From NCBI GenBank assembly GCA_028534125.1, contig CM052817.1, forward strand, positions 61,692,001 to 61,756,000: 64,000 nt of DNA. Reading direction: 5' to 3'. The notes below the pieces were generated by a model. The model did no database searches. It was given only the letters and a program-made list of their open reading frames with translations, and was not told where the DNA came from. The DNA is from Lama glama. Lineage: Eukaryota. Below, in pieces: positions 40,479 through 54,329 of this stretch (positions are counted from its first letter, which is position 1; each line of letters opens with the position of its first letter). The position numbers and the translations under genes are program-made.

Positions 40479-41422
40479 AACAAGTTTGAGGTATTTTGGT
40501 GTACTAAGAGCAGACATGCTCTTCCTGGAGGTGTAATAGTGGGAGGAGGGAGTGCTTATAAAACCTCCTTTGCTCTGTTTGTTCCTACCCCAAGGCAGTT
40601 AGAAATGTACTAGATGAGATGATCTTTCAGCTCCGGGGTAAGCTGGGTTCCAGATCTCTTTGGCTACAATCTTTTGAAAGGCCTCACTTGGACTGGGCCT
40701 TAGGAGAATCTACCGCATGGACCTAAATTCTGTGATGAGTAAAACCCTCTTGGTTGGTGGATGAAGAGGGTGTGGCTAGCCTCCAGCACTCAGTTGTCCC
40801 CCATTATTATGGGACCCAGTTGAAGGGTGTTATGTTTCAACTCGTGTATGCTGTTCTGGGGACTATGGAATTCTCCTTCATATTTGGAAGAAATTCCTCT
40901 TCATTCTGAGGAAAGCTTTCCTTTTCCTCCCTGCCCTTTGGCATTTAAAACATTTACTTGATCTATTTCTACTACTTCTATTTGGCAACTGTAGTTACTT
41001 GTCTTCACTTTTCCTGGAACAAGCAAGTTAAAGTTGGAGCTGTAGAATGCTGAAATCATCCTATCAGCTGAACTATTTCCTTGTATAGTGACTTCTTGGT
41101 CTTATATTTCTAGGCAAAACTTAAACTGTACTCATAAATTAGAGAAAAATAATATTAACTTTTTTTTTGCTTCACATTTCTTGAGATTACAAAATCTGGA
41201 GGAGATGGGAAAGGTGTAAGAGCCTGTTGGGAGATCTAGTCCTCTACTACCTGAATTTGAAAAAAGGACATTTGGTGGCATTTTGCTTCATTTAGATGTA
41301 AATTTATTCTTGTTTACCCCACCATAATCTTTAAAAACAGTCTATTAAAAAGGGCAGAGGCAAAAGTCTCAGATTATAGGATCAGAATGTGTCCCAGACT
41401 TGATTGGGGTTGGGGTGGGGCG

Positions 41423-41921
41423 TGGACTATTTGCCTACCTCTGCAGCATTCATTTGCCACCTTCTTTCCTACCAATAGTTTGCTTCTGAATATCCATGAA
41501 TTTCCAGGAGAGCAGACTTTTACCTCCTGCATATAATTTAGATCAAGACAATCAGGGTATTTCATTCTTCTGGCTCTAGTGATGCTTGTAGGGTGAATAT
41601 GTGACCTAGGCTGTTTCAATCAAACTGAATCACAGAGCTTTGTTTTAGCATTTTAGAACAACAGTGCTTTCTTTCTTTCTTTGTGAACTTGGGGAATGGG
41701 AGTATTTTGCCTCGGGAGTTGCTAGTCCCAGTGTTAGAATAATGGGTTAAGATGGTATAGTTGAGAAATGGGTCCCTGGTTATTTCATTGAACTGTTGGA
41801 TCAAGCCTTACCTGAAGCTCATTCTGCTTCACAGCTCTTCAGTTATGGGGACCGGTAAATCTCCTTCACGTGTAACTTAGCTTGAATAAATCATTGCCAG
41901 CAAAAGGATTTTGGCTGATAC
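41423..41921 (+). mobile_element. Old MaLR solo LTR (MLT1K-like)
   Basis: atgtgacctaggctg...caatca; gggtccctggttatttcattgaactgttggatcaagccttacctgaagc; ends ggctgataca. Confidence 0.8.
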
Positions 41922-43500
41922 ATGAAAGCCTTTGTACTTTTGCCTAGACCTTCCTAATTTAGTTTACTTTCCTAGAAGCAAACTTTCCGATCTGTTTAGA
42001 CATGAGTTCCTTCACCTATTAAATGCAGAGTTTGTATTGAACTGTCCAAAATATCCATTGGATCACTTTTTCTCCCTTCTTCCATGTAGTGGAAGTTGAA
42101 TCTGTTAGGTCAGAAATTTGTCACCCTCTCTCTTCTTATTTAGACCTATCCTGCTGCAGTCCAGACTCTAGGAGTGTGGATTCCTTCAGTACCATACATA
42201 GAATAGCATAAATGTCATATACTTTTGGTCAATTTTACAATGTATGATTACTTCTTTCCATTCTTACCCAAGCAATAAATACTTTATAGACACACAAGCT
42301 TAGGGAAAGAGAAGGATGTAAGAACGGTGAAGCATGAATGTTTTCCTGTTAATCTATAATTAAGAAACAGCAGATGACTACAGGGAAAGCTAAGAATTAA
42401 TGATCCCAAAGATAACCAGTCTGTCCCAATATAAATCAGTTAATTTTGCTGTTCTTTTTTTTAATAACATGCTGGCTCCCTAACCTAGCCAGCTATATCC
42501 TAAATGTTGTCAATAGTTAAAATAATTATTTGAGAATAGTATCATGGATCAGCTCAAAACTTGAACCTAGTGTTAGAGAGACAACTTAGATGCCTTAGAG
42601 ATACTTTAAGTCCAGGTCAAATTATCATGTAAAGGAAAGCACAGAAATGCATTGAAACTTGGACATGGTACTAGGGGAATATTAATAGAATTTGGATGTT
42701 CATAAGGACTTTAACACTCTGTTCAAGAAGATAAGACAAAGAACCAAGTAGATTTTTAAAGCCGAATGGTTGATTGTGGTGGAGGAGTGGTATTAGTGGG
42801 AATTAACATTTATTGAATTGTGCCGAACAGTGACAGGTCCAATGAAGGCTTTATAAGAATTCAGTGAATGGTAATTTGTAGCAATGTAATTTCATGAAGC
42901 AAAGATCTCTTGCAAGGCACAATTTTTTCCTTTTTTCTTATTTTTTAATGACATTTTGTTATGTGTGACTCAGTGATGAATGACTTTGTGAAATACTATT
43001 TATGAAAAATAGGTGTGTTCCTCCAGCTTGCACTGTGGGACATTTAATTATTTTTCTTCTGAACAGATGTTTTATAGATTTTGCAAAATTTGTACCAAAT
43101 TCTTCTTGGTCTTAGCCATAAACATCATTGTATTTAGACCTATATTGCTGTACTTTTTCTGTTATGCTTGCTAGCTAGGTTTTAGCAATGAGTTTTCCTG
43201 CATTTTAAGATACTACTTAAATTAAAGATGTTAAATTCTACAGTTTTTCTTTAAGGCCAACCAAAATTTTAGCCTAGAGGAGTTTGCCCTGGAGTTCAGA
43301 TGCATCTACTATTTTGAGTGGATGCTCCGGGGACCTGTCTTATTTTGTTTCTCTCAAGAACACCTTGTTAAATTTGGTGATCATGTCCAAAGTCAGCAAT
43401 GCATGCTGTTTCATGAGTTATTTGGCTATACATTGAGTTGCATTTTTTAAAGTTGTCAGTATTTTCATTGAATCTTACAGTGTTATATTGATTTATAGCT

Positions 43501-43528
43501 TGTGTGTATGTGTGTGTGTGTGTGTGTG
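43501..43528. repeat. (TG)n microsatellite
   Basis: tgtgtgtatgtgtgtgtgtgtgtgtgtg. Confidence 0.95.
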
Positions 43529-44039
43529 ATGGCTACATTTGCTTTTTGCATTTAAAAAAATAGTTACAATAGTACCTTTGAATGGTGTTCATAAGGTGAA
43601 AATCTAGTAGATAAAGTTTAGAAAACAAATGACCTCAAATTAACTTGGGTGTTGGCTTTTAAAAAAACATTTTAATTTAAAGCATTTTATTTTATTTTTG
43701 AAACTTAGTAAAACGATAATTTTCCCCGTAGTAGAATGATCAGAGTTACTTTGAACAAGATAGTTCCTCTCTCAAAATTAACCTGATATTTACTTTATTT
43801 GCTTGAAAGTTATTTGTATATAATTTATTCATCCAAAGTTCTTAAGGTTCACTGACAATAACTGGTAAACTGGGATGATCTGCACACAACCAGTGCAAGT
43901 CCCAGTCTTAGTGCACAAGAAAGGGGCAATAAAAGCTGTGGTGGACAGAGCAGTTCATTCACTCCTTGATGGATTGCTTTGCTTCCAGACCTGCATTAAT
44001 GCATTAACATTTTCAACTGCATTCCGCAACTACTGACAG

Positions 44040-44820
44040 TATTACTATAATCAGATCATTAGGTACCTCTAGATGAGAAATAGCTGTGCCACGTTTTCTG
44101 TCCCTCATGGAGCCAATGGATTACTGGTGGCAAAATGTAAAAGCAAAAACAAGCGATATTCAGGACATACATAGAAACCATACAAGACACAGGTGTTCCA
44201 TGGGGGCATGGTCAGAGGTAGATTGGGAAAAATAAAATTATGCAGGAACTGGTGTTTTATCACTGAAACATCAAGCAGCCTTCCTGGGGAGGGGGATTGG
44301 GAGAAAGCAGCATTCCGTGGGCAGAAATGGCAAGAGTAAAGATAGGGAAGTACGACTAGGAAATTGCAGAGAAATGAAGTTTCAGAATAGTAAGCCTTGA
44401 AGAAAACTGTCCTGTAATGTACCTTAAATGCCAGGGCAAGGGTTGCTCACTTAATCTGCTGCTTAAAGGGGGACTGCTCGGGGCTGAAAAAGTCACTTGG
44501 AACTGGGCTTTGTGCTGAGCAGTTGGACCTCTGCTTAGGAAGAACTGGCTTGCATTGGGAAGTTGCACACGTAGTAAAAAAAACTGAACTGCGTCATGGC
44601 AGAGGTAATGGAAAGAAAGGCAAAATTCCTGACATACTGAATATGTGGAGTCCATTGTATTTGGTGCATACTTGGATATAGAGGATGAGGAAGGCTGGTG
44701 TTAAGGATGACTCCAAAGGTTGAGGCTGAGCTGCTCTGGAATGTTGGCTGTTTTATTAATAGAAGTTGAGAAGTCAAAGAAGGAGCTGTTTGTGGGGAGA
44801 AAATGTAGGAATTAGATGGA
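44040..44820 (-). mobile_element. L2 LINE fragment
   Basis: tctgtccctcatggagc; ccttaaatgccagggcaaggg; ttggatatagaggatgagg...gttaaggatgactccaaaggtt. Confidence 0.75.
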
Positions 44821-45027
44821 CTTCACATGTGCTTTTTTCCCATAGCTCTGGCAGAAATAATCTCATCTGACAGTTAAACGCATGTGTGGGTTTTATTTTT
44901 TATGTTAGTATCTGCAAGTCATTCTAATTTGTATATGAAATTCTTTTATAAATTTCTTAGATTTGAAGTTATATACAAAAACTTGTATTACTGTGCATGA
45001 TAGCAGACCAATTACATTTTTTTACAT

Positions 45028-45127
45028 CTTTATTTAAAAAAAATTTTTTAGAGGTATAGTTGATTTACAGTGTTGTGTTTCTGGTGCACAGCAAAGTGAT
45101 TCAGTTATACATATACATGTATATACA
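45028..45127 (-). mobile_element. L1_Art-like extreme 3' tip
   Basis: gaggtatagttgatttacagtgttgtgtttctggtgcacagcaaagtgattcagttatacatatac. Confidence 0.85.
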
Positions 45128-45251
45128 AGACTAGATGGGTGTACCTCTTGCTGTGTTGTGCAAATGAAGTGAAAGGCCTGAATTTTTTTCCTAGAAGAAT
45201 ATTGTTTGGCCAGATACTGTGAAAAATAAATAGCTGGCTAGGACTGCTTTC

Positions 45252-45405
45252 TTTTTTTATTGTATAAGTTTCAGGTGCACAGCATTATAATTCGACATCT
45301 GTACACATTACAAGGTGATCACCTCCACAAGTATAGTCACCACCCATCACCATATAGTTGAACTTCTGTACCCATTTCACCTACCCTAGGCACTATTCCC
45401 TTTTT
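45252..45405 (-). mobile_element. L1 3'UTR tip (L1MA-like)
   Basis: attgtataagtttcaggtgcacagcattataattcgacatctgtacacattacaaggtgatcacc. Confidence 0.8.
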
Positions 45406-45776
45406 GCTACAGATATTAAAACATGTTTAGGAAGATGTATAAAACAGGGTTCTTGCTTTTGCTTTTTGATCTTTGGTTCATACCAGATATTTTACCTGCT
45501 TCTATCTTTATAAGCACTTTTATGCACCAATGTTATTTACAAACAATAACATGCAATTCTTTAGTTCCTATAAGCTCCTAGAACTCATTGAAATGTTCAA
45601 TGGGTGATATATGCAGACAAGTGAACTCATAATAAATACTTCCTGTACTGCCATTAATATTTAACAACAATCAATTGAACATTGAGTTGGGTAACTTTAT
45701 TTAAAGTCTCATGGAATCTATGGCATGATTAAGTTTGATGTAATATTTGTATCTTATAAGTTTTACACTTGACATA

Positions 45777-48132
45777 CGGACATATCTTGAAGATATTGCC
45801 GAGTTCAGTTCCAGACTACTGCAATAAAGTGAGTCACATGACATTTTGGTTTCCCAGTGCATATAAAAGTTATGTTTATTATGCTGCAGTTAAGCATGCA
45901 ATAGCATTATGTCTAGAAAACAATATATATACCTTAAATTTAAAAATATTTTATTGCTAAAACGTATTAATCATCATCTGAACCGTCAGCGAATCATAAT
46001 CTTTTTGCTGGTGAAGGGTCTTATCTTGATGTTGATGGCTTCTGACTGATTGGAATGGTAGTTGCTAAAGGCTGGGGTGGCGGTGGCAATTTCTTAAAAT
46101 ATGACAATAGTGAAGTTTGCCACATTGGTTGATCTTTCATCAATGATTTCTCTGTAGCATGCAACGCTGTTTGATAGCACTTTAGATACAATAGAAGTTC
46201 TTTCAAAATTGAAGTCTGTCCTCTCAACCCTGTCACTGCTTTATCAATGAAGTTTATGTAGTATTCTAAATCCTTTGTTGTTGTTTCAATAGTATTCACA
46301 GCATCTTCACCAGGAATAGATTCTGTTTCAAGAAACCACTTTTATTACTCATCAGTAAGAAGCAACTCCTCATCCATTAAAGGTTCATCATGAGATTTCA
46401 GCAATTCAGTCACATCTTCAGGCTCCACTTCTAATTCTAGTTCTCTTGATGTTTCCACCACATCTGCAGTTCCTTCCTCCACTGAAGTCTTGAGCCCTTC
46501 AAACTCATTCATGAGGGTTGGATTCAGCTTCTTCCAAACTCCTGTTAATGTTGACATTTTGACCTCTTCCCGTGAATCACAAATGTTCTTAATGGCATCT
46601 AGAATAATGAATCCTTTCCAGAGGGTTTTCAGTTGACTATGCCCAGATCCATCAGGGAATCACTATCTATGGCAGCTTTTAGCATTATGAAATATATTTC
46701 TTGAATAAGACTTAAAAGTCAAAATGACTCAGTGATCCATGGCCTGCAGAATGGATGTTGTGTTGGCAGGCATGGAGACACCATGAATCTTATTCTGCAT
46801 CTCCATCAGAGATCTTAGATGATGGTGCATTGCCAGTGAGCAGTTACATTATGAAAGCACTCTTTTTTTTTTTTTTAAATGGTAGGTCAGTCTTGAGTAG
46901 GCTTCAAATATGCAGTAAACCGTGTTGCAAGCAGATGTGCTGTCATTTGGGCTTTGTTCCATTTATGAAGCACAGGCAGAATAGATTTAGTGTAACTTTT
47001 AAGGCCCTAGAATTTTTGGAATGGTAAACAAGCATTGGCTTCAACTTAAAGTCACCACTTGTATTAGCCCCTACCAAGAGAGTCAGCCTGTCTTCTGAAG
47101 CTCCGAAGCCAGATGTTGACTTCTCTTCTCTAGCTATGAAAGTCTTTACTGGTGTCTTCTTCCAATAGAAGGTTGTTTGGTTTATATTGAAAATCTGTTT
47201 TGTGTAGCCACTTTCATTAATGGGATCTTAGCTAGATCTCCTGGATAACTTGCTGCAGCTTCTACATTAGCACCTACTGCTTCACCTTGCACCTTTATGT
47301 TACGAAGATAGTTTACTTCCTTAAACCTCATGAGCCAACCTCTGCCAGCATCAGACTTTTTTCTGCAGCTTCCTCTGCTTTCAGGATTCATAGAATTGAA
47401 GAGACTTAGGACCTTACTCTGGGTTAGGTTTGGTTTAAGGGACTGTTGTGGCTGGTTTGATCTTTACCCAGACCACGCAAACTTTCTCCATATCAGCAAT
47501 AAGATTGTTTTGTTTTCTTATCATTTGTGTGTTTACTGGAGTAGCACCTTTAATTTCCTGTAAGAACTTTCCCTTTGCATTCACAACTTGGCTGTTTGGC
47601 ACAAGAGGCCTAGCTTTCAACCTACCTTGGGTTTCAACATGCCTTCTTTAGTAAGCTTAATCATTTTCCCCTTTTGATTTAAAGTGAGAGACTTGCAACT
47701 CTTCCCTTCATTTGAACACTTAGAGGCCATTGTAGGGTTTTTAATAGGCCTAATTTCAATACTGTGCCTCAGAGATGAGGGAGATCCAAAGAGAGACAGC
47801 AATGGGAGAAATGTCAGTTGGTGGAGCAGTCAGAACCCACAGCACACTGATTAAACTTGCTATCTTACATGGGCGTAGTTCATGGTGCCCCAAAACAATT
47901 ATAATAGTAAATCAAAGATCACTGATCACAGATCACTATAAAAATTTAATAATAAAATGAAAGAGTTTGAAATATTGCAAGAATTACCAACCTGTGACAG
48001 AGAGACATGAAGTGAGCAAATGCTGCTGGAAAAATGGCTCTGATAGGCTTACTCAACACCAGATTGCCTTCGTTAAAAAATAGCATCTGTGAATCACAGT
48101 AAAGCAAAGTGCAGTAAAATGAGATATGCCTG
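45777..48132 (-). mobile_element. Tigger1 DNA transposon, near full length (2356 bp), with decayed pogo-like transposase
   Basis: TA at 45775-76 and 48133-34; termini cggacatatcttgaagatattgc and taaaatgagatatgcctg; minus-strand ORF fragments resemble Tigger transposase ([53 protein letters not shown]) but lie in different frames. Confidence 0.95.
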
Positions 48133-48589
48133 TATTTTCCAAGTGTTTTAGGTGTAAAGTGATTATTTTTTTATTCCCTTAAGACTCATTTAAAAAAACA
48201 AAAATGATTTATGACACAACTCACTGAATAGTTTTTATAACACACATACTTAAAATCAACCAAAGCCAGTGCCGCCTAACAATTCCAGCTTCCTTCAACT
48301 GAGGAACATGAAACTTGGCTAAGGTGATGGTTTAAGAGATTCCCAAATAATCAGTGAGTGTTCTAGAGCACTTCTCTGATTTCCCACTGAGGTTTCAGTT
48401 GTATTCAAAGCCATTGTTAAACATTTGTTTGGAATTGCTTGGGCGATTGTGGCATATTTTAAAATTTTGAGCAGGGTGACATGCAGTGGGAAAGTGTGAA
48501 TTAGGAGCAGTTGGAACATTTAATAAGTTCCAGAAACTACGCAATTTTCTGTTTTCACATCATATTTACTCTTCAGTAACTTTTGAATC

Positions 48590-49780
48590 ACTCTGTTATC
48601 TCACTGTGGAAACTGTCTTTGCAAAGGTCATGAATGACCTCTTTTGTTGCAAAATCTATTGGCCTCCTTTTAGTCCTTTTGCTGTATCTCAGGATCATTT
48701 GACACTTAGGTGTTACCTTCTCAAAACTCTGTACTATGCGCACTCCTGATTCACTTCTTAGCACTTATGCTGCTGCTTCTGTTCCCTTTGCAGATTTCTC
48801 CACCTCTTCTGCTTCCCCAATTCTTGCTTCCAGGTGTGCATGCTGAGGCTGTCTTCCTGGCTGTCCGTCTCTCGTGGTTCACTTTCGTACACTTCCATGA
48901 CTTCATGTGCCAGTATTAATGCTGATGGCTCTCATATTCGTGTCCCTAGAATAAGTCTCTTCCACACACACCAGACTCTCTTGCATGATTTCTGCAGATC
49001 CCCACTTGGAATGGGGTTTCTCAGTTATCAACAAAGTGATTTCCTTGCATGTTTGCATCAAGTAAACCCATGCCCCGACCAGATTTGCTTCTCTTTCTGT
49101 GTTTTCTGTAGTAGTAAACATCACCATTATTCTCCCTGTTGCCAAAACCAGAAACTGAGGAATTGTCTGAAATCTTGTCTGCTCTGTTTCCTCAACTTAG
49201 TTTTTAAATCCTGCCTGTTCTGTTTCCTTAATACTTGTTAAATATGTCTACTGTTCTTTATTTTGAATACAGAATTACAGCCTTAGTTTAGGACTCCATC
49301 ACTTCTCACCCGAATCACCGTAACTGTCTCTTTACTGGTCTCCCTGCAGCCAGTCTTGCTCCTTCCATTCTAGTGTCCTTTATAGTCACAGTGACTTTTC
49401 TGAAACTTATCCCTAGTGGTTCCTGAGAATGAAGTACAAAGTCTTCAGCATGGCATATGAGACTCTTGAGTATATGGTACTGCTTAAACCTTCGGATCTC
49501 ATATTTCATTGTGTGTTCTGTGCTGAACCTGTTACCCCGTAGCTCAGATCTGCCCTGTTCCCTGCTGTTCCAGGTGAGCCCTCTGTCCCTTCCTTGCGTT
49601 CCTGTGGTACACAGTGTTTAAGACAATGTATTGCAATCATTTGTTTTCTTATTCTTTGTTAAACTTTCTTTTAGTATTGATAGATAAGGACTGTGGCTTT
49701 TTTCCTTATATACTTATTGAATAAGTGTTTAGCATATGTCTAGTAGATACACTGTAAGAATGTTGAATGGATTAATGAGT
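48590..49780 (+). mobile_element. L2a-like LINE, 3' ~1.2 kb
   Basis: cactgtggaaactgtctttgcaaaggtcatgaatgacct (ETxxxKVxNDL); ctggtctccctgcagccagtcttgctcc; 3' end agcatatgtctagtagatac...tgttgaatggattaatga. Confidence 0.85.
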
Positions 49781-51480
49781 AACCAAACTAAGATCAATAA
49801 AACCTGCTTTCTACTCTCAAGTACCTCATCGCCTAGTGAGAAGTTTTACGAGTACAGATAATTTTAAAAAGCCATCAACAATCAATTACAATAATAGTGT
49901 GGTGTAAGCTATTAAAAGTCATGTTTTCAAGTAGGAAGTGATTAAATGAGAATGACTCAAGGGACTGTCTCTTGAGGATATATGATAGAATTAAACAAAT
50001 TTTCATGGCGTTCAACCATGTTTCTTTGAAGTGAGGTCTTATAGTAACACTTAGGGTATTCAGAGTACTTTACAAAACGTTCTTTATTGACTCTTTAAAA
50101 CTTTACCGAGTCTTTTGTTTTGTCAGTTTTATGAGGACTCAACAAAAGTGAGGCAGGATGTGTTAAGCTTCTAGACATCTTACTTGGTTAGCTAGGAGGC
50201 ATGAGTATCACAGCTTATTTTTCTTTTCCTTTCTGAAACTACTACAATAATTTGTTATCTAATGAGATTTCAGTGACTTTATGCTTTAGAGTTAACTCTC
50301 TAATTACAAGAAATATAGTGGGGTTTGAGCACGTTACTTTTATGATTCCCCAGATTTAAAAATGCCATCATGACATGATTTTCCTCATAATAATGGAATA
50401 AAATATGGTTGAAAAAATTAATGACCCCTTCTGATTTTTAAAGTTTTAAATGATGTGGGTCATGGACTTGTGTATTGCTTGGAGTAGGCTACACTGTGAA
50501 TGTTAACCCTGTGATTGCAAGAGTAGGGTCTGATTAGTTGGTTTTCAGATCATGTCCTTCAGGACTCGGGTTCTAGGGACATCTAAGGAGCCCTGTGTGG
50601 AAGGCGAGGAGCAGGGGGGCAGGCTGTGGGTGAAGTTCTGTAGCCCTTCCTGCATCTTCCACGCTTCAGTTATATCACTTGCTTTTATCTGCTATCTATT
50701 GGCCTTTCTTTGTGAAAGATATTCTTTAAGTGGGGGGGAGAAGACTTCAAAAATACCTCAAGCCATTGATTGGTTAAATCATTGCAAGTATTCGAGGAAA
50801 TCACCTTGGTGACAGTTGAGAAAATCTGTGAAAATGGAAAATGTACAACATTTCCTTCACTAACTGCTCTTTCTGTGTGTCATCTGCAGTAGCATCCCGA
50901 GAGACAGTGAGGGAGAGCTGTACACTGAGAAGAGCCAGGCGAGCAGTGTGTCCTGTCTCATCTGTTTTCCATCAGAGACTTTCAGTCACCATGTGGTATT
51001 TCCATTGTCTGGTCTTTAGAACCTGTGAACTGGGGCCTGACTAGGTTTAGAGGGATCTTGAGGTGGAAATTTTGGGGATGGTGAGAAACAGAATTTTAAT
51101 GCTTCTTGAGACCAAGAGAAAGGGTTGCTGATCTTGCCAGTTTCATGGTGTTCACATCATAAGGCTAAGTACTTTATGCCAAGAAGCTTAAGGGTCAGGT
51201 CAGAGTTTTATAGCTTTTGGCCAAAAGCAGTTCCAAAAGAAAAGTAAATGTTTAACGGGGCTGACCATTGCCCAAACTTATTCTTCCATTCTTTTTGTCC
51301 CTTACTTCTCTCCCCTGCCCCAAATAGGGTTATCCTAGGTGCAAAATCCAGGTCACTACCATAGTAACCACACAAATAGAGCACAAAGGAGGGCTGTTTG
51401 CTTTGACTTCATAATGATGGAAGGAGAACTACACAAGGAGAGGCTTAGAGGCAACATAGATGATATAAAATGTGTATATG

Positions 51481-51980
51481 NNNNNNNNNNNNNNNNNNNN
51501 NNNNNNNNNNNNNNNNNNNNNNNNNNNNNNNNNNNNNNNNNNNNNNNNNNNNNNNNNNNNNNNNNNNNNNNNNNNNNNNNNNNNNNNNNNNNNNNNNNNN
51601 NNNNNNNNNNNNNNNNNNNNNNNNNNNNNNNNNNNNNNNNNNNNNNNNNNNNNNNNNNNNNNNNNNNNNNNNNNNNNNNNNNNNNNNNNNNNNNNNNNNN
51701 NNNNNNNNNNNNNNNNNNNNNNNNNNNNNNNNNNNNNNNNNNNNNNNNNNNNNNNNNNNNNNNNNNNNNNNNNNNNNNNNNNNNNNNNNNNNNNNNNNNN
51801 NNNNNNNNNNNNNNNNNNNNNNNNNNNNNNNNNNNNNNNNNNNNNNNNNNNNNNNNNNNNNNNNNNNNNNNNNNNNNNNNNNNNNNNNNNNNNNNNNNNN
51901 NNNNNNNNNNNNNNNNNNNNNNNNNNNNNNNNNNNNNNNNNNNNNNNNNNNNNNNNNNNNNNNNNNNNNNNNNNNNNNNN
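51481..51980. other. Assembly gap (500 N)
   Basis: Run of exactly 500 N. Confidence 1.
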
Positions 51981-53044
51981 TTAGGTTGATTTTGTGGAGT
52001 GTTAAATGCTATTTAAATTTCACTTAGATATGAAGCCATTTATTTTTCTCCTAATCACTTATAATAGCAAGAACTAATCAACTGGAGTTTTTCTCCCCTT
52101 TGTAAATACATCAGTCTACCCCTGACTCACGTGCATGTTTCTGCCTTTAGGTCAGTGGGAACTTTTCCCAGCCATGTTTTCTTTTTCCCCTTCGTTCCTA
52201 ATTTCTCTCAGGAACAAATGGCAGCACAGTTAAGCATGAGAAACTTGTTGCTGAAGGTGCTAACCTAAACATCAGTGCCAGGATACGGCCGAGACTTAAT
52301 AGACTAATTAATTTGTCTACTGCACCTCTGACCTGGGAATTGCGTACAATGGGCTGCATGTACATATAGAGCTGAGAGTCAGGAATCCAGAGTAGAGAAA
52401 ATGCAACTTTTGTGTGCTTTATACATCAACATCAGTTAGTACTGGGTTCTTTCAGAAAATAAAATTTGAAAATGGAACTTTATCTCATCACATGTGTTAG
52501 AAGTAAGATACTGCAAGATTCAGTGTGCCTTTTTGTTTGTTTTCTTCTTTTACATTTTATAGGAGTACTAAACAACACCCTCCCATTATTTGATCCCAAT
52601 ATGCTACTGACCTCCAGAAGAGACCAATTATATAGACTACCTACCACAGTTTCTGTGTTATCTATTCCAGCATAATATGCTCACATGACAACCACAGTCA
52701 TTCTTAGAAAAAAATAGGAGCTTGAAGCTTGAACGACATTTTAAAAAGTGTTTTTGCTGTGAATTCCTGACTGCTATTTATGCTTCTATCAGTCAGAAGA
52801 TTAATTTTCTCTTGTATTCCTTTTCTCCCTTCTTCATTTTAGAGAGTTTAAGTATACTTTAAGAACAGTTAACATTTGACTGCCACTGAATTCTCATGGC
52901 ACTGAATAAAAGCTGAAATCAGTATTAGCCTGTCAGTGTAGGGGTTATGCATATCTGGGTCTTGTGAACTCATAGAGGTACCAAATAAACCCTTTTCTAT
53001 TAGGAATTTATTTAGAGCAGGGTTTTAATATTTTGATAGTAGGT

Positions 53045-53350
53045 TTGGCAGCATTTATTAGGCCACCAGATGTCTGTTGAGCACATGGCAGGCATTCTGC
53101 TAGACCCGGCTGATGAAGTGGTGAACAAGACTGGTGGTTCCCGGCTCTGCTGAGGCTCACAGTCCAGTAGCAAGAGTCCTACACAAAGTAAACCCTATGA
53201 GTAGTAATGGAAGTCGACAAGGCTGTTTGTTATGCACCCAGTGAAACATGAGGGAGATGCTATTGCAGCCAGAGTATTTAGGGGACAGCTTTCCGGGAGG
53301 CATTATGAGAGCTGAAAATTAAACGATGAGACGGTAGCCTTTGGGGAGAT
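53045..53350 (-). mobile_element. L2 3'-end fragment
   Basis: gcaggcattctgctagac...gtggtgaacaagac...gaggctcacagtccagtag. Confidence 0.7.
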
Positions 53351-53630
53351 GCTGTTCTTTTTCAGTTATCGGCAGTCACTTTACCTGAAAGAATAGGCAA
53401 GATGTCATATACTTCTCAGTACATGCGTAGTGCATGGATATAGCATGATGTTTGGTGGATATTAGCGTGAACAAAAGGCATAGGATTTGAGGGGAAAATG
53501 CTTTACCTTTCTGAAGTTATGTTGCTTCTAGTAGTGGAGTGAATGATTTAGGTTTTGTGTGCATTTTGTTGTTAAAATGTAATTTGAGCCTCACACTGAA
53601 TTTTTTTTCTTGCAATTATTTATTTTACAG

Positions 53631-53732
53631 GTTTCCGAGCGGTCAAGAGAGTGAATGTGTCTGAAGTGGATGTACTGTGCATAAAACATTGAGAACATTC
53701 TATGCTACAGTTACCAGCAGCCTATTTATCTG
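53631..53732 (+). other. Candidate internal exon, probably non-coding (5'UTR-type), of an unidentified host gene
   Basis: Strong acceptor ttttttttcttgcaattatttattttacag|G; donor ctg|gttggt (alternatively ttg|gtatct at 53736); looks non-repetitive; retained CpGs (ccgagcgg); stop codons in all three frames. Confidence 0.5.
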
Positions 53733-54329
53733 GTTGGTATCTAAAGCAACTCAGATTGACCATGATATACATTGATTTTAAGGGAACAACCATTCAATGA
53801 TTTTTGCATGTCGGGTTGTATAGAGGCAATTCATTTCTGTCCAGCCGGGTCACATAAAGGTTAGTTAAGGTGTCAAAGCAGTAATTTGAAATCTGGGCTG
53901 GGGTGTGAAGGGGAGTTCTAGTGAAGGCAAGATGTCAAGTGGTGTAGAGGCCACAGTGACGGCAGACTTTATTTACTGCCTTCAGTGAATTTTATTTGTA
54001 CCCATTTTCAAAAGAAAACCTGATGAACAGGTATGTTTGCAGTCCCTTCACTTTGACAGGTTGAGGGTGGGCAGGGGAGATGGAATTCTGTTATCTCTCA
54101 ACATTTAGCGTTTGAAAGACATTCCAAGATCAGTAGATAGATAAACATGGTTTCCAGTTTAGGCTTTAAAATGGTAATCTTGACCTGTTTCTTCTTGTTT
54201 ATACACTGAGAACTGCAATTTTAAAGGTAGAAAAAAATACTTAATTTATTCACAAAGTAAGAATGGATTCGACTTTCAGCAAAGATTCATGTTAAGTGTT
54301 GATGTTGCACTGAGTCTCTCCTTGGCTCG

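Noticed and set aside
46021..47802. Possible domesticated TIGD-like transposase gene
   Set aside because: Multiple frameshifts and stops, first catalytic Asp lost, and still bounded by transposon termini
51339..52027. Long ORFs of 170-216 aa
   Set aside because: Artefacts of translating through the N gap
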